Shown here piece by piece: positions 1 through 9,758 of a stretch of DNA of 64,000 nucleotides. The position numbers were made by a program, and so were the translations under genes. The notes beneath the pieces were generated by a model. It did not search any database. It was not told where the DNA came from and saw only the letters and a program-made list of their open reading frames with translations. The stretch spans positions 160,001 to 224,000 of the forward strand of contig CAVWFS010000014.1 in the NCBI GenBank assembly GCA_963754315.1, in the 5' to 3' direction. How positions within the stretch are numbered: the first letter of the stretch is position 1; each line of letters opens with the position of its first letter. Origin of the DNA: an uncultured Candidatus Rokubacteria bacterium. Its GTDB lineage: Bacteria > Methylomirabilota > Methylomirabilia > Rokubacteriales > CSP1-6.

Positions 1-440
1 CCACTGCGATCCAGAAAGACAGCGGTGATAAGTTCGGGTGGCCCCGGCAAGCCCTTGGCGATGCGAAACTCGATGCCGCGCTTGCGGAAGAACTCGTTGT
101 AGAGCCCGGTGTGGTGGAACTCACGACGGGTCAGGAAGTCCGTGTACTTCACCGCCGATCCCAGGCCGCGGCGGTAGGCACGCAGCAACGGGGATTCCTG
201 CACATGCCGTGCGTAGACCCGGGCGTCCTTCTCGTCGAAAGCTCCAGGAATATCGCAGAACCCACGGCTCTCCTTCGTGCGGAGATTGTTCTCACAGTAG
301 ATCACCATGTCGCAGGGCACGACCCTTGGGAGCTGGGCCAGCAGTCGTTTTTTGAACGAGGGGAGCCCATCGAGCTCGTAGAGAGCTCGCATCAGGCGCG
401 TCATCGCGTACAGGTCCGTCCGCCCTAGCTGCTCCATCAT
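1..440 (-). CDS. Probable LuxR-type transcriptional regulator, N-terminal GAF-like sensor region (runs off window edge)
   Basis: Not in ORF track. My translation from ATG 440 is open to position 1: MMEQLGRTDLYAMTRLMRALYELDGLPSFKKRLLAQLPRVVPCD...AVKYTDFLTRREFHHTGLYNEFFRKRGIEF. The DFLTRREFH..GLYNEFF segment is typical of GAF-LuxR regulators. The HTH itself is outside the window. Confidence 0.65.
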   Translation of the reverse strand, partial: MMEQLGRTDLYAMTRLMRALYELDGLPSFKKRLLAQLPRVVPCDMVIYCENNLRTKESRGFCDIPGAFDEKDARVYARHVQESPLLRAYRRGLGSAVKYTDFLTRREFHHTGLYNEFFRKRGIEFRIAKGLPGPPELITAVFLDRS

Positions 441-469
441 CTCCCCGGAGCCCGGAGGAACCCAGGACC

Positions 470-487
470 ATACGTAGGGCTACGTAT
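470..487. promoter_or_regulatory. Perfect inverted repeat ATACGTAG-GG-CTACGTAT, candidate operator
   Basis: 8-bp arms and 2-bp spacer, 30 bp upstream of the regulator start; overlaps a TTGACG hexamer at 487-492. Confidence 0.5.
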
Positions 488-775
488 TGACGATAGGCGG
501 CCGGTAGAGGTGAAGTCAAGGTGCCACGGCGGAGTAGGCGCACGGTGCGAGTAAGCGCCGCCGGTCGTAGCCGATGGGCAGGAGCGATGATGCACAGCTC
601 CGCAGGACTTCCTAGGGCAGTGACGTCGTGCACGGAAGCCCGTCAGCCGACCCCCCTTCCCTCGTCCTGCCCGTCCCCGTTTGGGAACTGGAGAGCCGCA
701 GGCCTGCCCCTTCCTCTCAAGGATCGTGCGTGTTGAGGTCGACGTGTCCGCCCTGCCCGATGGAGGACCGCCGTC

Positions 776-1679
776 ATGGCACAAGAGCGCAAGAGTTCGT
801 CGTGCCTGCTCTGTGTTCTGATCCCTTTGCTCTCCGCCCCTCGGCCTCCATCAACCAGGCGCATCGGCACTCCGTGTCGACAGGGACACCAAACCCTTGC
901 CGCCGCGCTCAGCTTCGCGATCCGCCTTCGCGAGCACGGCACCGCCGCTCAGACTGGATTCGGGGCTCACACGCCCGTTGCGCAACAGCCAGAGGGCATG
1001 CCGGCAGAGCCCGTCTTCGAGGTCGAGTGCCCCCTGGGCCACACCACATTTCCCACCATCAGCGGTGTCTCCACCACCGCCAACGTCTTCCGCAAAGAAG
1101 GCGAGTATTGGACCGTCAGCTACGAGGGGACGGTGGTACGCCTGCAGGAATCGCAAGGGTCTGCATTATCTCGATCAATTGCTTCACCATCCGGGCCGCG
1201 AGTTCCATGTCCTCGATCTGATACGTATCGATGGGGCATATTCCTCACGGGAACCGGCTGCCCCGCACCGCGTCTTGAACGAGTCGGGACCGGGGGTCAC
1301 CGCCGCGCAAGGCCGACTCCATGCCCCCCTAGACGCCAAGGCCAAGCAGGCCTACCGGCACCGGCTCACCGATCTCCACGAGACTCTGCAAGAGGCCGAA
1401 CAATTCGCTGACGCGGTCCGAAGCGAACGGACACGCGTCGAAATCGAGTTTCTCACCCATCAGCTATCGGCGGCCATGGGACTCGGCGGACGCGATCGCC
1501 CGACGGGCGCCCCCGCCGAGCGTGCCCGTGTCGCCGTCACGTTGCGCATCAGAGATGCCTTGCGCCGAATCCGGCAGCTCCAGCCGAGCCTAGGGATCCA
1601 TCTGGACGCGAGCGTGAGAACAGGATACTTCTGCAGCTATTCTCTCCCTCCCTACCGTCCCATCCAATGGACTACTTGA
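776..1679 (+). CDS. Transcriptional regulator-like protein (domain usually C-terminal in large ATPase regulators); frameshift near 1154
   Basis: ORF 776..1411 gives NVFRKEGEYWTVSYEGTVVRLQES, then ORF 897..1679 continues KGLHYLDQLLHHPGREFHVLDL...AERARVAVTLRIRDAL...HLDASVRTGYFCSY. One extra base in 'tcgcaag' separates them. Confidence 0.65.
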
Positions 1680-1772
1680 CGCCTCGACAGCGCACGGGCG
1701 GCAGCGACGCCTCATATCTCTCGACTCCGCCCGTCTTGCCCGGAGCTTCTCACCCCGCCTGAGTTGTCTGGC

Positions 1773-1809
1773 TCGTCCGCGTTACATCGTCACGTGAATC
1801 GTTACGCCC
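1773..1809 (+). promoter_or_regulatory. 37-bp motif with GTTAC/GTCAC direct repeats, copy 1
   Basis: tcgtccgcgttacatcgtcacgtgaatcgttacgccc; 31/37 identical to 3396-3432. Confidence 0.5.
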
Positions 1810-2128
1810 CAACGACTGGGAAGGCAGGTCAGCCCGATAATTGTTGGACACCCAACGTACGCTGCAACAGGTCAAAGGAGACCATCACGCCCGATGGGGT
1901 GTTCCTGACGGTCTTCTGTGGGCCCGGTCGCACAAGGGGCGCGCAACTATCGCGACATGCACGGCGCGACCGGCGGCTCGCCGAGCCCGGGTCGGGGACC
2001 GAGCCGGCGGCACGGCGCGATTTCCTCACGGGACCGCACATCCTCCGTAGACGAGCGCGACGACGAACCAGGAAACGGAGCCCGCACGAGTGCTTCCTGC
2101 CAGATCGTTGAAAAAAGGGAGATGAAAA

Positions 2129-2953
2129 ATGCACGACACTGGAAGCCGATACATCGCGACCGGGCGGTTTGCAATCATGATACTGGTCTTCCTGACGCTC
2201 GTGGGTTTGGCCGAACGGCCAGCAGACGCGAACGGGCAGCTGTCGTTCGAGGACTGGCTAGCCGCACAGAGCACACGCTGCAAGGACTACGATGGTGATG
2301 GAACGCCATGCGAGCCCTACACCGGCCAGCCCTTCGCCGACCAGTACATTCCAGCCAATCAAAGTTATGTCTTTTTCACGGCACCAGCGCAAGGGCGTGT
2401 GGCCGTTGTGGACTGGTTGGGCATATCGTGGGGCTACCTCCTTGACGTGTGCGGCGTCGATCTGGGGACCACAACCACTGGAACCGTGACCGCGCATGGT
2501 GTCGGAAACGGCGAGGTGCTGGTAAGCGTCCGAGGGCACACACGAAACGCCATGGCCTTTGTCGCCGACGATCCTAGTCCGAGTCCGAGCCCCTTTAGCT
2601 TACCTCTACTCTTCGGCGCGCGCGAAGCGGACATATGCACCGGCGCCGCCGAGGCATCACTGGTGGACGTCGAGTTCAAGGTTGAGTACTACACTGATGC
2701 CTCCGATCCTATCGTTGACAATCAGTACTTCGGCAATCCCCCCACCGATCCCCCCAGCGCGGGCGGCTTCCCCGATGATCCGTTTCGATTCCGCAAGATT
2801 ATGATACGAGTCCACGGTGAGGGCACGCTGGCCGATGGCTCCCCGGCCCGCCTGGTCATAAATCAGACGGGCATATTCCAGTCGCGCAGTAAGTCGCCAA
2901 AATTTGACGGTTTTCCGGTCGAGTTCATCGACTTACATCGACTGGGTCGATAG
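2129..2953 (+). CDS. Hypothetical secreted protein
   Basis: 274-aa ORF with hydrophobic N-terminal segment (FAIMILVFLTLVGLA...ANG) and GGGAG upstream; no family recognised. Confidence 0.7.
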   Translation: MHDTGSRYIATGRFAIMILVFLTLVGLAERPADANGQLSFEDWLAAQSTRCKDYDGDGTPCEPYTGQPFADQYIPANQSYVFFTAPAQGRVAVVDWLGISWGYLLDVCGVDLGTTTTGTVTAHGVGNGEVLVSVRGHTRNAMAFVADDPSPSPSPFSLPLLFGAREADICTGAAEASLVDVEFKVEYYTDASDPIVDNQYFGNPPTDPPSAGGFPDDPFRFRKIMIRVHGEGTLADGSPARLVINQTGIFQSRSKSPKFDGFPVEFIDLHRLGR

Positions 2954-3180
2954 ACCCCGCCTCCTTCAAGGGTGAACCGAAGCCGGCGCGTGATGGTCAG
3001 TGAAGGGACCCTCTTCGACACCGCGGCGTGTGGGTGAAGGTCCGTCCCATCCCGGAGGAAGGTGTAGGGGAGCCGGCAGAGGCAGTGGGCCACCGCGACG
3101 ACGCTGTCTTGTGGCCACGCCGGGCACACATCTTGAAGGAGTAAAGGATGGAGCGGATACGACGGGCGGCGGGCATGATG

Positions 3181-3340
3181 GGCTGCCTCGCACAGCAGAA
3201 CGGTGCCGGGCCGAGCGCCGCCGCGCGCCGCGTCGACTCGGTCCCCTGCTGGATGCCAAGGCCAAGCAGGCTTGCCGCCGACGGCTCGCCAACCTCCGCG
3301 AAACCCAATGCGAGGCCGAGCGATTCCGAGATGTGGCCCA
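3181..3340 (+). pseudogene. Decayed partial copy of the 776-1679 regulator
   Basis: LLDAKAKQACRRRLANLRETQCEAERFRD matches PLDAKAKQAYRHRLTDLHETLQEAEQFAD; DNA similarity to about 1256-1415. Confidence 0.7.
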
Positions 3341-3395
3341 GGTCCGCGGCTGCCGAGCCGACAGCCGCGCCTCCCCTCTGCGGCTCCCGTCCGAT

Positions 3396-3432
3396 TCATC
3401 TGCGCTACATCGTTACGCGAATTGTTACGCCC
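3396..3432 (+). promoter_or_regulatory. 37-bp motif with GTTAC direct repeats, copy 2
   Basis: tcatctgcgctacatcgttacgcgaattgttacgccc; see copy 1. Confidence 0.5.
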
Positions 3433-3605
3433 ATGCCTGTGTGGGGACAGAAGCTCGCGATCCACAGGGAGCGTGGCATGCAGGCCGAGCCATGCCCGGC
3501 TGTGTAGGGCGCTCAGGATGACGAGAACCGCCCGCGGCCGGGGAGGGTGAACAAGATGACGCAACCAGGCATCGTCCACGCAATCATGACGAGGGAGTGA
3601 TAAAC

Positions 3606-4383
3606 ATGATCACGAACACAACCTCGACACGTCCTGGCGGCGGCTGGGGGATCGCCCTTGTCCTGAGTGCCGTCACCTTGGCCGCAATCCTAGCTCACGC
3701 CCCGGCCCAAGGTGGGAACAGCAATCCGGGGATTATTCCACCCCACGCCAAGTTTCGCGGACTGACTTATGGTGAATGGGGAGCCAAGTGGTGGCAGGCG
3801 GCGTTTGCGTGTCCTGTCGTGGCCGGCGCCCCCCCTACCACCCCGTCCTTTCTGGCGGAGCATTTCGTGGAGATAAAGGAATGCTGTTTCTGGCGGGCAA
3901 GGGGGGGAGGCCGCCACCGTTGACATCACGATCCCTCCCGGCACGCCGCTGTTCTTCCCCGTGGTCAACGCAGAATGCTCGGTCCTCGAGCCGGACCCGT
4001 TCCATGGGGATGACGAAGCCGAGCTTCGCGCGTGTGCGAACGGTCACATCGACGACACGTCAGGGCTCTTCGCCACGATCGACGGCGTAGACGTGAGGAA
4101 CCTGAACGCGTATCGCGTCGAGTCGCCGTTGTTTGAGTTCGGGCCCCTCCCGGAGGACAATCTGTTCGACTTCTTCGGGCTGGACGCCCCCGCCGGAACA
4201 ACGTCGCCCGCCGTCGATGCAGGGGTCTATCTGCTCCTCGCACCGCTCAGTGTAGGCATGCACGTGGTGCACTTCGGCGGCACATTCGACGAGCAAGGTT
4301 TTTCGATCGATACCAAGTTCAATATTACCGTGGCGCCGATGAAGAAGTCCCAGAGCAATGCGGACGACTGTCGCGTGCAGTAA
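3606..4383 (+). CDS. Hypothetical secreted protein (GLTYGEW...WWQ type), split by homopolymer frameshifts
   Basis: RBS GAGGGAG; signal peptide IALVLSAVTLAAILAHAPAQG; pieces GLTYGEWGAKWWQ / GMLFLAG / ITIPPGTPLFFPVVNAECS...GVYLLLAPLSVGMHVVHFGG lie in three frames joined at the C7 run (~3830) and G7 run (~3901). Confidence 0.65.
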
Positions 4384-4434
4384 GTGAGAGTCGGAGGAGA
4401 TCATGATCTCGAGAACGAATCATCACAATGAGAT

Positions 4435-5223
4435 ATGGCGACGTCGTGGCGCGGCAGAATCGCCTCGCTCATGGCCGTAGGCCTGGTGGGAACCAGGCCG
4501 GGCACCGTCGTGGCAGACCCAAAGGGCTACGTCTATACGGCCATCCGCTTTCTGGGCGACCCCCTCCCCGCGGGCGGTAGCTTCGTCAACGACTTCGAGC
4601 CCGATGGCCTCAACAATCACGGCGACATGGCCTTTGGCGCCGACGCCCCGTCCGCCTGAACGATCAAGGGGACATGGTTTTCACTTTCGTGCTTGAGGAA
4701 TTTACCCTACCGTTCGGCGTCAACGCCGGCAACTATCGCTACTCGCACGCCACGCGCAAAGTGACGCCGGTGGTAATTCCGTACCAGACGCCGGTGCCGG
4801 GCGGCGGGATGTTTCAAGGAGCTTTCTTTGACCCGACCGTGAACAACCAGAGCGACGTAGTGTTCGGCGGCATCGTCAAAACCGCCCCAGGGCGTGCACA
4901 ACGTCCCTGACAACGGTGAGCCTTACGTTGGCTTGGGTATCGGTATCTTCCGCGCCAACGCCAACGGGCAGATCTCCACCATGGTCAAGCCGGGAGACAC
5001 GGCGCCCGGCGGCGGCATGTTCGACTACGCCGTTCGAGCGTGGGTCAACGACGGGTGCGACGTGTCCTTTATCGGTCACATCGCCGGCGAAGAAAGCGTA
5101 GTCGCGGGCTTCCCTCCGCATTGGGGTAAACTCGGGCGCCTATCGCTTTTCCCACATGACCCGCACCCAGAAGACAAGCATTGCCTAAGAAAACAAGCGT
5201 CGCCCGGAAGCCGCCGCGCGTGA
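4435..5223 (+). pseudogene. Fragmented secreted repeat protein (NxxGxxAF-type repeats)
   Basis: Signal-like N-terminus followed by repeats LNNHGDMAF, LNDQGDMVF, VNNQSDVVF and VNDGCDVSF with PGGG turns, in changing frames; truncated at the end. Confidence 0.55.
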
Positions 5224-5225
5224 CT

Positions 5226-6820
5226 TCAGGCGGCGCCGCGGCGAAGGACTCGACCGGGCAGGCGCGCCGGTGTGCTCACCCTCGTCGATGACGAGGACAC
5301 CGTTGACGATGACGGTGGACACCCCGGCCGCGTACTGGTGAGGATCATCGTAGGTGGCGCGGTCGGCGATGGTGGCCGGATCGAACACGGTCACGTCGGC
5401 GTGATAGCCTTCCCGGAGCAGGCCGCGCTCCACGAGGCCGAGGGCGGCTGCGGACCCACCTGTCATCTTCCGGACGGCTTGGGGTAAGGTGAGCAGCCCT
5501 CGGTCGCGCCGACAGTGCCCCAGCACGCGCGCGAAACGTACCGTAGAAGCGCGGGTGAGGCTTCCCCTGTCCTGTCACGCCATACGGCGCCAACGCATTG
5601 CCGTCGGACCCCACCAGCACCCAGGGCGTGCCGGCGATCTCGTCCACGTCCTTCTCGGCCATCGAGGTGATGAGGATCCTCGTGTGCCCCTGGTCGGCGA
5701 GCAGGTAGTCGCAGACCGTGTCGAGGGGATCGCCGCCCCGTCGGCGCGCGATGTCACCCAAAGTCTGTCCGGCGTGCTGGGGCTGATGGGGCGAGACGGC
5801 CACGCGCACCGCGTCCCACGATGCAATGGCGCCGAAGTTGTTCAGGCCGACCCGGGCGATGTCCGCCCGCATGCGTGCACGCACGTCGGCGCTCCGCAGC
5901 CGCTCGAGCATGGCCGGCACGCCACCCTCTTGCACCCAGCTCGGCAGCAGGTTGCGCAGCGGGTTGGACCCCGTGTCGTACGGATACTGATCGCAGTCGA
6001 CCTTCACGCCGCGCCGGCGGGCGGCGTCGATCTCGCCGAGGAGCCGCTGGGCGCCGCCCCAGTTGTTCAGGCCGGACAGCTTCAGATGAGCGATCTGGAC
6101 GTGGATGCCCGTGCTCTCGGCGACCGCGATCGCCTCGCGCACCGCCTCGAAGACCTGGTTGGCCTCGTCGCGAATGTGCGAGGCGTAGGCGCCTCCGTGC
6201 TCGCGCAGCACACGGGCCAGAGCCAAGATCTCGTCGGGGCCTGCGTAGCCGCCCGGGGCCGTGAACAGCCCCGACGACAGACCGATCGCCCCCGCCTCCA
6301 GCGCCTCGGCCAGCAGGCGCTGCATCTCGGCCAGTTCCTCGGGGGTGGCCGCCCGATTCGCCATCCCCACCGTCATCAGGCGCAGGGTATTGTGGCCCAC
6401 CTGCATGACGGTGTTCACCGAGGTGGGCGGGAAGGCCGCCATGTAATCGGCGAACGTGGTCTCGCGAAACGGAAGCCACGGCGCGCTCGCGGCCAGGTAC
6501 TCACGCAGCATCTCGGCGCGTCCCGGCAAGGCCGGGGCCACCGAGAACCCGCAGTTCCCCAGCACCTCGGTGGTGACGCCCTGGCGGATCTTGCTCTCCG
6601 CGCGCGGGTTGAGGGGCAAGGTGAAATCGGAATGCGTATGGATGTCGATGAAGCCGGGCGCGACGACCAGGCCCCGAGCGTCGATGGTACGCCGCGCCGC
6701 CCGAGCCGAGCCTGGCTCGATGGCGGCGATGCGACCGTTCCGCACGGCTACGTCTGCTTCACGGCCCGGCCCACCGGTCCCATCGATGACCACGCCCCCG
6801 CGAATCGCAATGTCGTCCAT
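5226..6820 (-). CDS. N-acyl-D-amino-acid deacylase (D-aminoacylase); frameshifts near 5535 and 5262
   Basis: PGFIDIHTHSD, GNCG, SHIRDE, VGSDG, PHPRFYGTF, then in the next frame LTLPQAVRKMTG...ADVTVFDP...VIVNG; corrected end PGRVLRRGAA*. Confidence 0.9.
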
Positions 6821-6916
6821 CGGTCGGTACGCGATCGCTACAGGAGCGCCCCGCGATAGGGGACATCGGGCGAGGCCTGGCCGATCGACCGAGACATCAT
6901 CGTGCTCGGAACGGTC

Positions 6917-7723
6917 TCAGGCGCTGGTGCTGGTGAGAACGCATACGGCATCGGGACCGACGGTCTGTGCCGCCACGGTCTCCACGCAGAACAGATGCAC
7001 GCCCGCCTGGTCATGAGCCCGGTAGCCGACGGAGAGATCGCCCCCGACGGTCAAGACAAAGTCGCCGCCCCGGGTCGAGAACAGCGCTCCCGCATCCTTG
7101 ATGACAGCCGAGCGGTGGACGCCGACCAGGACGTCGCGCAGGTGACGACTGGCCGGATATCCGTCGTCGGCGGCCCGAAGGTACGCATAGTAGCGCGGCG
7201 GAGCCAGGATGACCTCGTAGGGACCCGGGACACCCGCGGTGTCGAGCCGCTCCACCGCCTTTAGCAAGTCCGTCACCACCTGGTTCGCCTTGCCCCAGTC
7301 TCCACAGGGCTGACGTGGCGACTCGCGCGCTGTCAAGAATCCCTTGCCTCCCGGCTCACCATAGAAGACAAGACGATCCTCGGCCAGCGCCACCTCGCGC
7401 GCGGCGGCCTCGGCCGCGGTCGCATCGAGAGCAGGCGCTCCCCGTTCGACAGCTTCGATGGTCGCCCAGGGCTCGGTGAAGGCCGCCCTGATCTCGGCCA
7501 GCAGCACCACGTCGGGGAGCGACACGACAGCGTGGCCCTCGCGCGTCTTATGAGGGGTGACGGTACCGAGGGCTACCGCCACCTGATCCCAGCCGCGCGG
7601 GCTTTCAAAGGTCGCCACTCTCCGAGCAGCCATCGTACGGCGGGCCATGTTGGTGACGGCCTCGTCGATTTGCTTCCATATCTCGGCCGAGAGCGGAGCG
7701 ATGCCACGCCGAAGAATATCCAT
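6917..7723 (-). CDS. Family 1 encapsulin shell protein (Linocin M18-like)
   Basis: MDILRRGIAPLSAEIWKQIDEA...PRGW...IEAVERGA...ALAEDRLVFYG...GPY...GGDFVLTVGGDLSVGY...LFCVET; about 268 aa; TGATG overlap with upstream cargo gene. Confidence 0.95.
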   Translation of the reverse strand: MDILRRGIAPLSAEIWKQIDEAVTNMARRTMAARRVATFESPRGWDQVAVALGTVTPHKTREGHAVVSLPDVVLLAEIRAAFTEPWATIEAVERGAPALDATAAEAAAREVALAEDRLVFYGEPGGKGFLTARESPRQPCGDWGKANQVVTDLLKAVERLDTAGVPGPYEVILAPPRYYAYLRAADDGYPASRHLRDVLVGVHRSAVIKDAGALFSTRGGDFVLTVGGDLSVGYRAHDQAGVHLFCVETVAAQTVGPDAVCVLTSTSA

Positions 7724-8091
7724 CACGTGGTCCTCCTCAGCGAGCCGACGGTTGCTCCCGGCTCCGCCCCCGCGGTCTGTCCGTTACGCCCCATGGCCGC
7801 CGCCTCCTGCCCGACGATGGAGCCGCTCTTGAACAGATACTCGCGGAGGACGGCGTCGAACTTCGCATCGTGACGCCGGATCCACTCCAGCACCATGGCC
7901 GCGTGCTCTTTCTCCTCGTCACGGTTGTGCTTCAAGATCTCGGCGAGTTCCGGATCGGAGGCGGCCTCCGCTCGCTGCTGGTACCAGTCGATGGCCTCGA
8001 GCTCTTCCTGAAGGCTCACCAGGGCCCGATGCAAATCGCGCGTATGGTCAGTGAGCTTGTCCTCGTGATAGCTCTGCGATGCTCCGCCCAT
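7723..8091 (-). CDS. Encapsulated ferritin-like protein (EncFtn/Flp) with cargo-loading peptide
   Basis: Ferroxidase motifs SLQEELEAIDWYQQR and HNRDEEKEHAAMVLEWIRR; C-terminal ATVGSLRR; start at ATG 8091 with GAGGGG upstream. Confidence 0.95.
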   Translation of the reverse strand: MGGASQSYHEDKLTDHTRDLHRALVSLQEELEAIDWYQQRAEAASDPELAEILKHNRDEEKEHAAMVLEWIRRHDAKFDAVLREYLFKSGSIVGQEAAAMGRNGQTAGAEPGATVGSLRRTT

Positions 8092-8214
8092 ATCGTCCCC
8101 TCTGGGTGCGGTGTGATCGTCGATGGTGAGACCTTCCCGTAAGATATCAGACTCCGCGCGGAGCGCCGAGAGGCGGTAGTATCGAGCCCGACCGTCAACC
8201 AAGGAGACCGCTGC

Positions 8215-9666
8215 ATGAAGACGCTCATCCACAGCGGCGACATCGTCGCCCACCACGACGGCGGCCACCGCTTGCTGCGCACGGGCGCTCTGGTCTTCGA
8301 GGATGACCGCATCGCCTTCGTGGGCCGGACGTATGACGGCCCGGTCGATCGGCGCATCGATGCCACGGGGCAGCTCGTGATCCCGGGTCTCATCAACATC
8401 CACTGCCACGCCGACGTGGAGGCAGGCGGAAGGCTGGTGGCTGACACCGGACGGCGTGACTTCTTCCAGGCCGGCTTCCTCAACTACAATGCCGCCCCCG
8501 CGGGCGTGAAGAATCTGCCCGCCCGGCAGGACCCCGTCATCGGCGGTCGCTTCGCGCTGGTCGAGCTGCTACGGAACGGCTGCACGACGGTCGTGGAGAT
8601 CGGGACGGCCGCCGAGGAGCATGCCGCCATCGTGGAGGAGCTGGGGATGCGGGCGTATCTCAGCCCCGCCTACAAATCCTACGACTACCGTGTCGGCCCG
8701 CACGGCGATCTCTCGTACGAGCTGCACGAGGAGGCCGGGCTGCGTGCCCTCGAGCGCGCGCAAGACTTCATCCGCCGGCATCACGGCGCGCAGAGCGGGC
8801 GCCTGCAGGGGATGCTGTTTCCCTTCCAGGTCGAGACGTGTAGCCCCGCCCTGCTGCGAGCCACCCGGAAGGCGGCCAACGAGCTGGGGGTGGGCATCGA
8901 GATCCATGCCGGGCAGAACCTGCTCGAGTTCCACGAGATCTTGCGGCGACACTGCCAGACACCCATCGAGTACCTGGCCGACACGGGCCTGCTCGGACCC
9001 GATGCCATCGTCGGCCACTGCATCATCAACTCCGCTCACAGCCTGGCCGGGCTGCCCGGGGGACGCGACCTCGAAATTCTGGCCGCGTCGGGCGCCTCGG
9101 TAGCGCACTGTCCCTTGGTGTTCGCACGGCGCGGCAATGCGCTGGAGTCGTTCCACCGCTTTCGGGCGGCCGGCATCAACGTGGGGCTTGGCACCGACAC
9201 CTATCCCCGGGACCTCATCAGCGAGATGCGGCTGGCCGCGCTCCTGTGCAAGGTGGTCGAGCACGACTTCACGGTGGCCACCTCCGCCGAGGTTTTCTCT
9301 GCCGCCACCTTGGGCGGGGCCAAGGCTCTGCGTCGCCCCGATCTGGGACGCCTGGCCCCCGGCGCCAAGGCCGACATCGTGCTGATCGACCTGCGCAAGA
9401 TTCGCATCGGACCCTACCGCGATCCCATCAAGGCCCTCGTGCAATGCGGTACCAGCGACGATGTCAGCAAGGTCATCGTCGACGGACGAACGCTCGTGGA
9501 GGGCGGCCACGTGGTCGGGGTCGATGAAGTGCAGGTGCTGGCTGACGCCCAGCGCGAGGCCGAGCGCCTGTGGGCTGAGGTTCCCGAATGGCACTGGCAG
9601 AAGCTGACGGCCGACGAGCTGTCACCGCCCTCGTTCCCACCGCTCACCACGGACTTGCGGGGCTGA
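8215..9666 (+). CDS. Amidohydrolase family protein (deaminase/chlorohydrolase-like)
   Basis: PGLINIHCH, IEIHAGQ, GHC, AHCP, GLGTDT, GAKADIVLID. Confidence 0.9.
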   Translation: MKTLIHSGDIVAHHDGGHRLLRTGALVFEDDRIAFVGRTYDGPVDRRIDATGQLVIPGLINIHCHADVEAGGRLVADTGRRDFFQAGFLNYNAAPAGVKNLPARQDPVIGGRFALVELLRNGCTTVVEIGTAAEEHAAIVEELGMRAYLSPAYKSYDYRVGPHGDLSYELHEEAGLRALERAQDFIRRHHGAQSGRLQGMLFPFQVETCSPALLRATRKAANELGVGIEIHAGQNLLEFHEILRRHCQTPIEYLADTGLLGPDAIVGHCIINSAHSLAGLPGGRDLEILAASGASVAHCPLVFARRGNALESFHRFRAAGINVGLGTDTYPRDLISEMRLAALLCKVVEHDFTVATSAEVFSAATLGGAKALRRPDLGRLAPGAKADIVLIDLRKIRIGPYRDPIKALVQCGTSDDVSKVIVDGRTLVEGGHVVGVDEVQVLADAQREAERLWAEVPEWHWQKLTADELSPPSFPPLTTDLRG

Positions 9667-9758
9667 TGACGCACGGTGATAGAATCCGTGCGACAAACAA
9701 CACCGGATAGGAGGGATACGCGAAGGCGACGAAGGGGATCGAGGAGTCGCGAAGCGCA

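Noticed and set aside
6917..7723. Phage capsid or prophage
   Set aside because: The HK97-related shell is explained as encapsulin by its cargo gene; no terminase, portal or integrase present
7723..8409. 228-aa extended ferritin-like ORF
   Set aside because: First 106 aa are antisense to the amidohydrolase and intergenic DNA; real start is 8091
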